This document shows positions 30,310 through 41,017 of a DNA stretch of 64,000 nt, in pieces (position 1 is the first letter of the stretch; every line of letters starts with the position of its first letter). The DNA comes from Gammaproteobacteria bacterium. GTDB taxonomy: Bacteria; Pseudomonadota; Gammaproteobacteria; Porifericomitales; Porifericomitaceae. The translations under genes were made by a program, and so were the position numbers. The stretch is from positions 104,234-168,233 of the forward strand of contig JABAAT010000024.1 in NCBI GenBank assembly GCA_014238615.1. Reading direction: 5' to 3'. The notes beneath the pieces were generated by a model. The model had not been told where the DNA came from and did no database searches. It was given only the letters and a program-made list of their open reading frames with translations.

Positions 30310-31710
30310 ATGCGCACACGTACCTCCTCAGGCCACCGCCCACACCCGGGCAGGCCAAGTCAATATACCCGCCCCACTGAGCCTGCCCCACACCACTCGT
30401 CCCAACCCGATGGCGAGCAGGTGCAGATCAACCTGACTACGCTGAAACGGCAGTCCACCCAGGAACTCGTGAATCTTTCGAACAGCCTGGGTCTGAACGG
30501 CATGGCCCGCTTCCGCAAACAGGACGTGATTTTCGAGATACTGAAAGTCAAGGCGCAACGCGGCGGGGACATCTACGGCGAGGGTGTGCTGGAAACCATG
30601 CAGGAAGGCTTCGGCTTCCTGCGCTCGGCGGACAGCTCCTACCTGGCCGGCCCGGACGACATTTACATCTCACCCAGTCAGATCCGGCGCTTCAATCTGC
30701 ATACCGGAGACAACGTCACGGGCAAAATCCGCCCACCGAAAAGCGGGGAACGCTATTTTGCCCTGCTGAAGGTGAACAAGATCAACCTGGATCCCCCGGA
30801 TTTCGCCAAGGAAAGAATTCTGTTCGAAAACCTGACACCCTTGTTCGCGCAGGAACGGTTCACCCTGGAACGCGGCAACGGCAGCACCGAGGATCTGACG
30901 TCGCGCATCATCGACCTGGTAGCACCTATCGGCAAAGGGCAACGCGGTCTCATCGTCTCACCGCCGAAGGCCGGTAAAACCGTGATGTTGCAAAACATCG
31001 CGCACTCCATCACCGCGAATCATCTGGAGTGCTACATGATCGTGCTGCTCATCGACGAGCGGCCCGAGGAAGTGACGGAGATGGAACGCTCCGTGAAAGG
31101 CGATGTCATCTCCAGCACCTTTGATGAGCCCGCCCTACGCCACATCCAGGTGGCGGAGATGGTCATTGAGTTCGCCAAGCGGCTGGTGGAACACAAGAAA
31201 GACGTGGTCATCCTGCTGGACTCCATCACGCGCCTGGCGCGCGCTTACAATACGGTGAGCCCCTCCTCCGGCAAGGTGCTCACCGGCGGCGTGGAGTCCA
31301 ACGCCTTGCAGCGACCGAAGCGCTTCTTCGGCGCGGCGCGCAACATCGAGGAGGGCGGCAGCCTGACCATCATCGCTACTGCCCTGATCGAGACCGGCTC
31401 CCGCATGGACGATGTCATCTACGAGGAGTTTAAGGGCACTGGTAACATGGAAATCCACCTGGATCGGTCCGTCGCTGAAAAACGCATCTACCCGTCCATC
31501 AACATCAATCGATCCGGTACGCGCCGCGAGGAATTGCTCACCGGCCAGGATGAGCTGCAGAAGCTTTGGGTACTGCGTAAGCTGCTGCATCCCATGGATG
31601 AGAGCAGCGCGATGGAGTTCCTGATCGAGCGGCTGAAGGACAGCAAGGTCAACGCCGAATTCTTTGAATCGATGAAGAGCATGAAGCGCTCTTCTGGACG
31701 CCTGGGGTAA
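30310..31710 (+). CDS. rho: Transcription termination factor Rho
   Basis: [43 protein letters not shown]; start uncertain (ATG 30310 or GTG 30421). Confidence 0.97.
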   Translation: MRTRTSSGHRPHPGRPSQYTRPTEPAPHHSSQPDGEQVQINLTTLKRQSTQELVNLSNSLGLNGMARFRKQDVIFEILKVKAQRGGDIYGEGVLETMQEGFGFLRSADSSYLAGPDDIYISPSQIRRFNLHTGDNVTGKIRPPKSGERYFALLKVNKINLDPPDFAKERILFENLTPLFAQERFTLERGNGSTEDLTSRIIDLVAPIGKGQRGLIVSPPKAGKTVMLQNIAHSITANHLECYMIVLLIDERPEEVTEMERSVKGDVISSTFDEPALRHIQVAEMVIEFAKRLVEHKKDVVILLDSITRLARAYNTVSPSSGKVLTGGVESNALQRPKRFFGAARNIEEGGSLTIIATALIETGSRMDDVIYEEFKGTGNMEIHLDRSVAEKRIYPSININRSGTRREELLTGQDELQKLWVLRKLLHPMDESSAMEFLIERLKDSKVNAEFFESMKSMKRSSGRLG

Positions 31711-31711
31711 G

Positions 31712-32668
31712 CTACTTCAGGCGGGACGGCCACAAGCCGCGCCGCGCCGCCACTCCATGCGCCCCCGCGGCGCGCGCGCGCTCCAGGTCGGCCGGCCTCA
31801 GACCGCCTAGCGCATAAACCGGCAGTTCAGCCAGGCGCGCCAGGCGCGCGAAAGCCTTCCATCCCAACGGCCGAGCCTCCGGATGTGTGGGTGTTCGACG
31901 CACCGGGCCCAGCAGGGCGCAGTCGGCTTCCAGGTCCACCGCCATACGCAATTCAGCGTGGTTATGGCAGGATACCGAGAGCCAGGACCGATCCCCCTGC
32001 CTTGATCGCACGCCCCGGTCGCACGCTTCCCGCAGACGGGCGCTTTTCAGGTGCAGGCCGTCCGCGTATTGCGGGACATGACCCGGCTCTCCCCGGTTCA
32101 GGAACAGCAGGGCGCCTGCCGCACGGCACACCGACCCCGCGCGGCGCGCCAGGGCCTCGTAGCGCGGCGCCTCCATGCGGTCACAGCGCAGCTGCACCAG
32201 GCCGGCGCCGAGTGCCAGACCGGCGCGCAGGTGGGCACTGAAATCCTGGGCCGGGTCCTGCTCCGGCGTGACCAAGTACAAGGGCGGCAGCAGCAGCACC
32301 GCCAGGATCGTGCGGTTAGGCGGCGGAATGGGCATGCCGCGCAGCACCGCCGGGTCTTCCCAGCGGCTTTCCATGTGCCGTGGCGGGCGCGGCGCGCCGC
32401 CCCAGGATTCCACCAGCCAGGCCCGCAGGCAAAACCTCGGACCCGACGCATACTGGTAGCGTCGCACGCAGAGCAACCGCGCTTCCTGCACCATCACCCC
32501 CAGTTCCTCGTGCAGTTCGCGCTGCAGAGCTGCCCGGGCATCCTCCCCCGGCTCCAGCTTGCCTCCCGGGAAATGCCAGAGGCCGGCCAGCGGTGGCGCC
32601 GCGCCGCGCATCGTCAGGACCCGGCCCCGGGCGTCCCGCAACACCCCCAGCGACACTTCCACGCGCAC
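31712..32668 (-). CDS. Nudix (MutT-like) hydrolase fused to a thiamine-phosphate-synthase-like domain
   Basis: Nudix box FPGGKLEPGE..RELHEELG; C-terminal VQLR, SCH, GPV..T.THP, PVYALGG. Confidence 0.88.
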   Translation of the reverse strand: MRVEVSLGVLRDARGRVLTMRGAAPPLAGLWHFPGGKLEPGEDARAALQRELHEELGVMVQEARLLCVRRYQYASGPRFCLRAWLVESWGGAPRPPRHMESRWEDPAVLRGMPIPPPNRTILAVLLLPPLYLVTPEQDPAQDFSAHLRAGLALGAGLVQLRCDRMEAPRYEALARRAGSVCRAAGALLFLNRGEPGHVPQYADGLHLKSARLREACDRGVRSRQGDRSWLSVSCHNHAELRMAVDLEADCALLGPVRRTPTHPEARPLGWKAFARLARLAELPVYALGGLRPADLERARAAGAHGVAARRGLWPSRLK

Positions 32669-32670
32669 GG

Positions 32671-33924
32671 CTAACTCAGGCCGCCGGCGTTAAAGTCCAC
32701 GTAGCGGCTGTTCAGGTCGGTGGTCCAAATGGTCTCCCGCACCGCGCCGCGGCCCAGGTGCACCAACAGGCGATCGGCGGCGCCCGGGGGACGGGCGGCG
32801 GCAGCCTCTTGCTCCGGCAGGACCATGCCGTCCCGAATCAGCGCCAACGGCCCCAGGTGCACCTGGACCCGGCTGATATCCAGGGCCGGCAGGGGCGCGC
32901 GGCCGAGCGCGGCGAGAATACGCCCGGCCGGCGGTACGCGCGCCTGCAGCGAGACTTTGACCAGCGGTGAACAGGCAATGGTATAGGCCGTGCGCAGGCA
33001 TTCGCGCGACGACCGACCGCCGCTCACGGTGATGCCTAGAACCCGGCTGCTCCCCTCACCGTCCCGCAGCATTTCCCGCGCCAGGTAGCGGCAGATGAGC
33101 AGCAAGGACTGTTGCAGAAGCTCCCATTCCGGTGTCTCCGGGAGTAGCGACGGCCCGGCGGCGCGACCGGTGCTTAACAACACGCAAGCGTCATTCGTGG
33201 AAGTGTCGCCGTCCACACTGATACGATTGAAGCTTTGCCGCACCACCGAGCGTAGGCAGGTACGCAGGGCGCGCGGCGGCAGAGCGGCGTCGGTGGCAAT
33301 GAAGGCCAGCATCGTGGCCATATCCGGACGCAGCATCCCGGCGCCCTTGGCCATCGCGGTGAAGCGCAGCACCCGGCCGTCCGGCAGCCGCAGGCGCGCC
33401 GTTACTCCCTTGGGAAAACGATCCGTGGTGCAAATAGCGCGCGCCGCCGCGGCCCAACCCTGCTCCACGGCGTCCCGCAGCGCGTGCGTCGCCGCCGCGG
33501 TCAACCGCGCCACGGGCAGGCGCCGCCCAATGAAGCCCGTTGAAAAAGGCAACACCTCCTGCACACCGACCCCGCCGCACGCGGCCAGTTCCCGGCAACA
33601 GCGGAACGCATCTTCCATCCCGCCCGCCCCGGTGCCGGCATTGGCGTTGCCGGAATTGATGAGCAGCAGGCGCGGCTGCCGACGCGCCAGGTGTGCGCGC
33701 GCCAGGTGCACCGGCGGCGCCGCGGCCCGGTTACGGGTAAACACGGCGGCGGCGCGCACGCCCTGCTCCAGGGCCAGCACCGCGACGTCGTCGCCCCGCT
33801 CCTTCAATCCGGCCCGGGCGCTGCCGACCCGTAACCCCGGCAACACCGCCAGGTGCGGGTAGCCACGCCACGTGAAACCGCGCGGCAATACGGCACCGGG
33901 AAGCAGCGGCCCTTTTCCGGACAC
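32671..33924 (-). CDS. argJ: Ornithine acetyltransferase ArgJ
   Basis: NSGNANAGTG, TTD, AKGAGM..PDMATML, DGDTSTND, DGEG; GTG start at 33924 is approximate. Confidence 0.88.
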   Translation of the reverse strand: MSGKGPLLPGAVLPRGFTWRGYPHLAVLPGLRVGSARAGLKERGDDVAVLALEQGVRAAAVFTRNRAAAPPVHLARAHLARRQPRLLLINSGNANAGTGAGGMEDAFRCCRELAACGGVGVQEVLPFSTGFIGRRLPVARLTAAATHALRDAVEQGWAAAARAICTTDRFPKGVTARLRLPDGRVLRFTAMAKGAGMLRPDMATMLAFIATDAALPPRALRTCLRSVVRQSFNRISVDGDTSTNDACVLLSTGRAAGPSLLPETPEWELLQQSLLLICRYLAREMLRDGEGSSRVLGITVSGGRSSRECLRTAYTIACSPLVKVSLQARVPPAGRILAALGRAPLPALDISRVQVHLGPLALIRDGMVLPEQEAAAARPPGAADRLLVHLGRGAVRETIWTTDLNSRYVDFNAGGLS

Positions 33925-33970
33925 CCGCCCCCGCTCCGTACGCTCCCCGGATGAGCGGCTCACGCGCGAC

Positions 33971-36703
33971 TCAGGGAATCGGCACGTCGGCGCGACCGTG
34001 ACAATGCTTGTACTTGCGCCCGGAGCCGCAGGGACATGCCTCGTTGCGGCCCCGCTTGCGCTCCGCGCGGCGGAAAGGCTTCTTCGAGCCGGGCTGTCCG
34101 CCACGCCGCACCATGGACGCGGGTCGCGCGGAGTCCGTGATGGGATCGGGGGCGGCGGCCAACGGGGTCACACGCTCCACGGCGGCCACTTCCGGGGACA
34201 GCGCCTTGCCAGGTAACTGGGAGCGCGCGGCACCTTCCCCGGGCTCCAGCACCAGGTGACACAGGAAACCGGTCACATCGCGCCGCACGTTGTCCTGCAT
34301 ACTGAGAAACATCTCGAAAGCCTCGCGCTTGAACTCCTGCATCGGGTTGCGCTGGGCGTAACCACGCAGGCCGATACCAAGACGCAGCTGCTCCACCTCG
34401 CTCAGGTGCGCGCGCCAGTGCCGATCAAAAACCCCCATGGTGACCTGGCGGGCAATGTCCAGGAACAGCCCCGGCGGCAACTGGTCCCGCTTCGCGTCAA
34501 GTTGCTCCCGCACCCCCCGCAACACCCGTCCACACAAGGCCTCGAAGCTCACATCCTCGTTCTCACGCAACCAAGCCGCCACTTCCAGTTCCAGGTTCAG
34601 GTCCTGGCGCAGGGTGCGCTGCAGCCCTTCCAGGTCCCAGTTTTCAGGGTGGCTGTCTTTGGAAATATGCGTGCCGACCCGGGTTTCCACGGTATCTTCC
34701 AGGATATCCGCCAGGTCCGAAGAGATGTCCTCGGAGTCCAGCAACCGGTTGCGCAGGGTGTACACCACCTTGCGCTGTTCGTTGGCCACGTCGTCATATT
34801 CCAGCAGGTGTTTGCGGGCATCAAAGTTCTGCGTTTCCACCTTGCGCTGGGCGTTCTCCAGCACCCGGCTCAGCCAGGGGTGCTCTATGGCCTCGCCTTC
34901 GCTCATGCCGACCCGCTGCATGATGCCGGAGATGCGCTCGGAGGCAAAAATACGCAGCAGGTTGTCTTCCAGGGACAGGTAGAAGCGGCTGGAACCGGGA
35001 TCGCCCTGGCGGCCGGAACGGCCGCGTAACTGGTTGTCGATACGCCGCGATTCGTGGCGCTCGGTGCCAATGATGTGCAGCCCGCCGTTCCGCACCACCT
35101 GTGTATAGCGTTTCCGCCACTCCTCCCGGATGCGCTGCTGCTCATCGGGATCCTCTATCGAACGCTGCCTGATCTCAGCATCCTGGTTTCCGCCCAGCAC
35201 GATGTCGGTGCCACGTCCGGCCATGTTGGTGGCGATGGTCACGTTGCCGGGGCGCCCGGCCTGGGCGATGATTTCGGCCTCGCGTTCGTGCTGCTTGGCG
35301 TTCAACACGGCATGCCCGATCTTTTTCCGGCGCAACAGTTCCGAAAGGTGTTCAGACACCTCGATCGAGGTGGTACCGACCAGCACCGGGCGGTGCCGCT
35401 CGCAGCATTCCTGGATGTCCTCAATGATGGCGTGAAACTTGTCCTCCGCCTTGAGGAACACAAGGTCATCGAAGTCTTCGCGGATCATTTGTTTATGGGT
35501 TGGGATCACCAGCACATCCAGGCCGTAGATTTGCCGGAATTCATGCGCCTCGGTGTCCGCCGTACCGGTCATCCCGGACAACTTCCCATAAAGCCGGAAG
35601 AAATTCTGGTAGGTGATGGAAGCCAGGGTCAGGTTTTCCTGCTGCACCGGAACCTTCTCCTTGGCTTCAATCGCCTGGTGCAGACCGTCCGACCAGCGCC
35701 GTCCGACCAGGGTGCGGCCGGTAAATTCGTCCACGATCACCACCTTGCCGCCTTGCACGATGTAGTGGATGTCACGCTTGAACAGCAGGCGCGCGCGCAG
35801 GGCCGCGTGGATGTAATACATCAGGCGCACATGCGCCGGGTCATACAGGCTGGCGCCGGGTCCCAGGATGGCGGCGCGCACAAGCCCCTGCTCCACCCGC
35901 GCGTGCCCCTCTTCGCTGAGGTGCACCAGGCGCAGCTTCTCGTCCACGCTGTAATCTTCCTCCCCCAGGGTGGTGATCAGGCGGTCGATGCGGGGATAAA
36001 GGCTGTTATCTTCCTTCTGATGGCCGGAGATAATCAGCGGCGTGCGCGCCTCGTCGATGAGGATCGAGTCCACCTCATCGACGATGGCGTAGTTCAGTTC
36101 ACGCTGCACCCGCCCCTCCCGGGTCGGCACCATGTTGTTGCGCAGGTAGTCGAAACCCAGTTCGCTGTTGGTACCGTACACCACGTCCGCGGCATAGGCG
36201 CGGGTACGCTCGCTCTCGCTCAACTGCGGCACGATAACGCCCGTCTCCAGACCCAGCGCCTGGTAAATGCGCCCCATCCACTCGGCATCGCGCCGGGCGA
36301 GGTAGTCATTCACCGTGACCACGTGCACGCCTTTGCCGGACAGGGCATTCAGGTAGGCGGGCAAGGTAGCGGCCAGGGTTTTGCCTTCACCGGTGCGCAT
36401 CTCGGCGATCTTGCCCAAGTGCAGACAGATGCCGCCCAGCAACTGCACGCCGAAATGGCGCTGGCCGATGTTGCGCCGCGCCGCTTCGCGCACCACGGCG
36501 AAAGCCTCTGGCAGCAGGTTATCCAGAGAGTTGCCGTTTTCCAGGGATTGTCGAAAAGCCCCTGTACGGCCGCGCAACGCCTCATCGGACAGACCCGTTA
36601 GATCTTTTTCCAGGGCGTCAATTTGCGTCATCAAGGACGTTTGACGCCGCAGGAAACGCTCATTGTGGCTGCCGAACAGCTTGCGGAACAGGGGAACTAA
36701 CAC
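33971..36703 (-). CDS. secA: Preprotein translocase ATPase SecA
   Basis: EMRTGEGKT, DEVDSILIDEARTPLIISG, ATNMAGRGTDI, GRNEACPCGSGRKYKHCHG. Confidence 0.99.
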   Translation of the reverse strand: MLVPLFRKLFGSHNERFLRRQTSLMTQIDALEKDLTGLSDEALRGRTGAFRQSLENGNSLDNLLPEAFAVVREAARRNIGQRHFGVQLLGGICLHLGKIAEMRTGEGKTLAATLPAYLNALSGKGVHVVTVNDYLARRDAEWMGRIYQALGLETGVIVPQLSESERTRAYAADVVYGTNSELGFDYLRNNMVPTREGRVQRELNYAIVDEVDSILIDEARTPLIISGHQKEDNSLYPRIDRLITTLGEEDYSVDEKLRLVHLSEEGHARVEQGLVRAAILGPGASLYDPAHVRLMYYIHAALRARLLFKRDIHYIVQGGKVVIVDEFTGRTLVGRRWSDGLHQAIEAKEKVPVQQENLTLASITYQNFFRLYGKLSGMTGTADTEAHEFRQIYGLDVLVIPTHKQMIREDFDDLVFLKAEDKFHAIIEDIQECCERHRPVLVGTTSIEVSEHLSELLRRKKIGHAVLNAKQHEREAEIIAQAGRPGNVTIATNMAGRGTDIVLGGNQDAEIRQRSIEDPDEQQRIREEWRKRYTQVVRNGGLHIIGTERHESRRIDNQLRGRSGRQGDPGSSRFYLSLEDNLLRIFASERISGIMQRVGMSEGEAIEHPWLSRVLENAQRKVETQNFDARKHLLEYDDVANEQRKVVYTLRNRLLDSEDISSDLADILEDTVETRVGTHISKDSHPENWDLEGLQRTLRQDLNLELEVAAWLRENEDVSFEALCGRVLRGVREQLDAKRDQLPPGLFLDIARQVTMGVFDRHWRAHLSEVEQLRLGIGLRGYAQRNPMQEFKREAFEMFLSMQDNVRRDVTGFLCHLVLEPGEGAARSQLPGKALSPEVAAVERVTPLAAAPDPITDSARPASMVRRGGQPGSKKPFRRAERKRGRNEACPCGSGRKYKHCHGRADVPIP

Positions 36704-36824
36704 AGCGGATTGAAGGGCGGCGGAACTTCAGGGCGGCGGCGGGCGGAGCGGGGAAACGGCGCGACGCGAAGCAGCGTTGCCGACGCTGCCTGAAACCCGG
36801 GAACAGGCGGCCACGGAGCGCCTG

Positions 36825-37826
36825 CTAGAGTTGGGCGGCGGCGCGGGTGATGTAGTTGACGGGATTGACCAGCTTGCCGCCGATCTCAATTTCAAAATGC
36901 ACATGGACTCCCGTAGAACGACCGGTGGAACCCATCCGGGCAATGACCTGGCCTTGCTCCACCCATTCGCCGACCGTCACCAGGTTCTTGCTGTTATGCC
37001 CATAGCGGGTTACGTAAACATCTCCGTGCGAGATTTCCACCAGCTTGCCGTAGGCGCCCTTGCGGCCCGCCCAGGTGACGATACCCGCCGCCACGGCGTG
37101 GATGGGAGTGCCGCGATGATCGGAGATGTCCAGGCCGCCGTGAAACTCGCGACGCCCGCTGAAGGGATCGATACGCATGCCAAAACGGGAGCTGTACCAA
37201 CCCTGCGCGACGCTGCCGGTCGGAATGATGCGCTTAATGAACTTACGCTCCATGGACAGTGAACGCATGAGCTCAAGGCGCTTCTCCACCATTTGCAGGC
37301 TCTGCTCCAGGCGCAGCAGTTCCTCGAACACGTCTTCCGGAACCAGTGCGCCGGAAGACCCTTCGTCAGGCATGGGGAACATGGGCGCCGGCCCACCCTG
37401 CCCCGGGCTTTCCTCTTCGTCAAACTCGGGGGTCTCAAGCTCCGTCGCCTCCAACAACAGGGCGCTCAAGGATTCCAGCTGCCACACATTTCCCTGTAGC
37501 TCACCCAAACGCACCGCCATGGCATTCAATTGTTTCTGCTCTTCCCGGTGCGCGGCGCGTAAGTGCTCTATGAGCCGATCCCGTGTGTCAAGTTGCTCCA
37601 ACAGGTAGCGACTTGGAAGGACGCTCGTCTCGATCGCGACGACAGCGTCTTCATCCTGAAACAACGACACCAGGTGCTCGACCGGCAGATGTTTCCGGTA
37701 AACCGCCGTCGCAAGCAGCAGCACGACCAGCAGCAGGACCCACAAAACCAGCGAGAGAGGCCGCACGATAAGGCATGAGGCGGAACGCCAGCCCCACGCG
37801 GGAATCATGGTGATCTGGATGTGCAT
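36825..37826 (-). CDS. M23 family peptidoglycan metallopeptidase with TM segment and coiled coil
   Basis: SSRFGMRIDPF, H.GLD, YGH, GSTGRSTGVHVHFE. Confidence 0.9.
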   Translation of the reverse strand: MHIQITMIPAWGWRSASCLIVRPLSLVLWVLLLVVLLLATAVYRKHLPVEHLVSLFQDEDAVVAIETSVLPSRYLLEQLDTRDRLIEHLRAAHREEQKQLNAMAVRLGELQGNVWQLESLSALLLEATELETPEFDEEESPGQGGPAPMFPMPDEGSSGALVPEDVFEELLRLEQSLQMVEKRLELMRSLSMERKFIKRIIPTGSVAQGWYSSRFGMRIDPFSGRREFHGGLDISDHRGTPIHAVAAGIVTWAGRKGAYGKLVEISHGDVYVTRYGHNSKNLVTVGEWVEQGQVIARMGSTGRSTGVHVHFEIEIGGKLVNPVNYITRAAAQL

Positions 37827-37953
37827 AAAACTCCGGTGCGGAACACCTTAATCTATAATAGAATAAACTATAGACAGCAGCAACACGCATAACCCCCGCG
37901 AGGTGCCCACATCATCGGCGGCCGGTGCGCTGGTGGAGTATCTTAAACAACTC

Positions 37954-38358
37954 ATGAGTATGCGTCCCTTATCTCACTACCTGGCTCTATACAGTACCGA
38001 AGAGAACCACGGGCTGGTCCCTTCCCTTCTGCACAAACTGCTGCCGCGCGACGCGGCCGCGCACTGCCACGGTGCCTGCGTGCGCGGTGAATACCTGGTC
38101 ATCTTCGTGGAGTCCGGCGTCTGGGCCACGGCACTGCAGCACCGTAAACAGCAATTGCTGGATGCGCTCCGCGATGAGTGCCCCACGCTGCGCGGCCTGC
38201 GGTTGCGCGTCCGTCCGCTGGATGCGAAACTCCCCCGCCCTCCCCGCCGGCGTGTGTCCCCGGAGCACTGCTCCGAACTGCTGGCTATTGCTTCCGGGGT
38301 GCGCGACACGGCCCTGCGGCGTGCTCTTTGTGCGCTCGCCGAGACACTCTCTCATTGA
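37954..38358 (+). CDS. DciA / DUF721 family protein
   Basis: L.IFVESGVWAT.L....QLL..L pattern; conserved position between lpxC and M23/secA. Confidence 0.7.
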   Translation: MSMRPLSHYLALYSTEENHGLVPSLLHKLLPRDAAAHCHGACVRGEYLVIFVESGVWATALQHRKQQLLDALRDECPTLRGLRLRVRPLDAKLPRPPRRRVSPEHCSELLAIASGVRDTALRRALCALAETLSH

Positions 38359-38400
38359 AGCAACCGCCGCCGCCACGTCGCATCAACCACCACGGTCTTC

Positions 38401-39312
38401 CTATACGGCATGCTCTGGAACCAGGAAGCGCACCGGCACATCCTCCTCGTCCTCGTAACTGACCAACTCCCAGGCCTCGGTGTGCTCCAGCAGACTTTTC
38501 AGAAGCACGCTATTTAAAGCGTGGCCGGACTTATAGCCGCTGAAGGAACCGATCAGGCTGTGCCCCAGCAGGTAGAGATCGCCGATGGCGTCCAGGATCT
38601 TGTGCCGCACACACTCATCCCGATAGCGCAGGCCGTGTTCATTCAGCACCCGGTAGTCATCCATCACCACGGCGTTGTCCAGGCTGCCGCCCAGCGCCAG
38701 GTTGCGCTCCTGCAATTGCTCCACCTCGCGCAGGAACCCGAAAGTACGCGCACGGCTGACTTCCTTGACGTAGGAGGTCGTGGAAAAATTAAACTCCGCG
38801 TGGGAATGCCCGGGTGCAAAAGCAGGATGCTTGAAATCGATGGTAAATCCCAGGCGGAACCCGTCGTAAGGCTCAAAAACGGCCCATTTATCGCCGCTCT
38901 CAACCCGCAGCTTCTTGCGTATGCGCAGGAATTTGCGCGGCGCGTTCTGCTCCACGATGCTGGCGGACTGGATAAGAAACACGAAAGGCCCGGAACTGCC
39001 GTCCATGATGGGCACCTCACCGGCATCCAGATCGATGTAGGCATTATCTACTCCAAAACCGGCCAGGGCCGAAAGCAAGTGCTCCACGGTGGACACCTTG
39101 ACCCCATCCCGCTCCAGGGATGTGGAAAGCCGTGTGTCCCCTATGTAGTTGACCTTGGCGGGGATCTCCAGGGGCGGTTCCCGGTCCATGCGACGAAAGA
39201 TAATGCCGGTGTTCACCACAGCGGGGCGTAGCGCCATCTGGATCAGCTTTCCGGTGTGCAGGCCGACGCCTTTAGCGCGTATGCAGTTCTTCAGGGTGCG
39301 TTGTTTAATCAT
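38401..39312 (-). CDS. lpxC: UDP-3-O-acyl-GlcNAc deacetylase
   Basis: [49 protein letters not shown]. Confidence 0.98.
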   Translation of the reverse strand: MIKQRTLKNCIRAKGVGLHTGKLIQMALRPAVVNTGIIFRRMDREPPLEIPAKVNYIGDTRLSTSLERDGVKVSTVEHLLSALAGFGVDNAYIDLDAGEVPIMDGSSGPFVFLIQSASIVEQNAPRKFLRIRKKLRVESGDKWAVFEPYDGFRLGFTIDFKHPAFAPGHSHAEFNFSTTSYVKEVSRARTFGFLREVEQLQERNLALGGSLDNAVVMDDYRVLNEHGLRYRDECVRHKILDAIGDLYLLGHSLIGSFSGYKSGHALNSVLLKSLLEHTEAWELVSYEDEEDVPVRFLVPEHAV

Positions 39313-39818
39313 CTGGCAACACTTTCCGAGTGTGTAAGACTTTCTGGTATGTAAAGACGGGCATCGCGGGACGCCGCACAGGCGGTCCCACCGCGGGAGC
39401 CGCGCCCATACGCCGCGTATGGTTGTCTCAATGGATGATGGTTGCGGGAATCTCCCCTCGGGCCGCTGCTTGAATTGGTATGCTTCCTTCCGGATTCACT
39501 TGCAACACAAGTAGTCCGCCAAATACTCCGCCCCATGGGAAAACTTCGTGGAAGCCACCCTGCAGGGTACGCCCCAAGTGCGCCGCGCACTATCCTGCCC
39601 GGCTTCCCGGACCGCTCCAAGGAGCCTCCGGGCCGACGGCCATGCAAAACGCACCTGGAACCGACCTTCCGAGCCACCCTTCCAGGCCCCCCACGGCTCG
39701 GCAGGTCACACCTCCCCATTCAGGTTGTGTTTACCCTTGGCGCAGGCATCTTCCCATAAAAGCGGCCTCCTGTCAAATACCGCAACGGCCGCTCCATGAG
39801 ACTCAATCCGAGGCGCGC

Positions 39819-40958
39819 TCAATCCGCCTGACGGCGCAGGAAGGAGGGAATGTCCAGGTAATCCTGGTCTTCATCCCGTCCACCGTCCACGATGACTTCC
39901 GGATGCCGGATCGGCCTCAGGCTCGTGCCAGGGTTTTTATCCGAAGCACCCGCGGCGGTGCCTTGATCCAGGCCGGGCGCGGCTTCCGCGGCGGGCACGC
40001 CCAGCCCGGTCGCCACTACCGTGACCCGCAGCTCATCGTGCATGGTGTCGTCAAACACCATGCCGATGAGAATCTGCGCAGCTTCCGAGGCATGCTCGCG
40101 GACCCGCTCACCGACCTGCTGCCATTCGCCGATGCTGCAGTTGGACCCAGCGGTGACGTTCACCAGCATGCCGCGCGCGCCGGCCAGGTTGATATCATCC
40201 AGAAGCGGGCAGGACAGCGCGGCTTCCGCCGCATGCACCGCGCGATCCTCGCCGGAGGCATGCCCGGAGCCGATCATGGCCATGCCGGTCTCCGACATCA
40301 CCGTGCGCACATCCGCGAAATCCAGGTTGATGAGCCCCGGCCGGGTAATCATCTCGGCGATGCCCTGCACGGCGCCCAACAGCACGTCATCGGCCGCCTT
40401 GAAAGCGTCCCTGAAAGAGCAGGATTGCCCAAATACGCTGATCAGCTTGTCGTTCGGCACGGTGATCAGTGAATCCACGTATTCGCGCAGCTCATCCAGT
40501 CCCTGCCCGGCGATGCGTGCGCGGTGCGTGCCTTCAAAAGTGAAAGGTCGGGTCACCACGGCCACGGTCAGGATGCCCAGCTCCCGGGCGATCTGCGCGA
40601 CCACCGGCGCCGCGCCGGTGCCGGTGCCGCCGCCCATGCCAGCGGTCACGAAGAGCATATCGGCGCCCTCCACCGCTTCCCGGATGGCTTCCCGATCCTC
40701 CTGCGCGGCCTTGCGCCCAATGTCGGGATTGGAACCGGCGCCCAGGCCACGGGTGATGCCCACGCCGATGGCCAACTGTTGGTCAGCGGGGATCTCCTCC
40801 AGGTGCTGGCGATCGGTATTCAGGCAGATAAAGTGCACGCCGTTGATACCGGATTGAATCATGTGTTTAACTGCATTGCCACCGCCGCCACCGACGCCGA
40901 CCACCTTGATGAGGGCCTTCTGCCGCTCTTGCTCTGGTTGCACCAGTTTGAATTGCAT
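39819..40958 (-). CDS. ftsZ: Cell division protein FtsZ
   Basis: GVGGGGGNA, GMGGGTGTG, NLDFADV, LDIPSFLRRQAD. Confidence 0.99.
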   Translation of the reverse strand: MQFKLVQPEQERQKALIKVVGVGGGGGNAVKHMIQSGINGVHFICLNTDRQHLEEIPADQQLAIGVGITRGLGAGSNPDIGRKAAQEDREAIREAVEGADMLFVTAGMGGGTGTGAAPVVAQIARELGILTVAVVTRPFTFEGTHRARIAGQGLDELREYVDSLITVPNDKLISVFGQSCSFRDAFKAADDVLLGAVQGIAEMITRPGLINLDFADVRTVMSETGMAMIGSGHASGEDRAVHAAEAALSCPLLDDINLAGARGMLVNVTAGSNCSIGEWQQVGERVREHASEAAQILIGMVFDDTMHDELRVTVVATGLGVPAAEAAPGLDQGTAAGASDKNPGTSLRPIRHPEVIVDGGRDEDQDYLDIPSFLRRQAD

Positions 40959-41017
40959 GATGTTATCTCCTGGATGATGGGTTGAATAAAAAAACCAGCG
41001 GCCAGCCGCCGGACTGT

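Noticed and set aside
33925..34104. N-terminal extension of ArgJ
   Set aside because: It overlaps the secA 3' end; ArgJ similarity starts downstream
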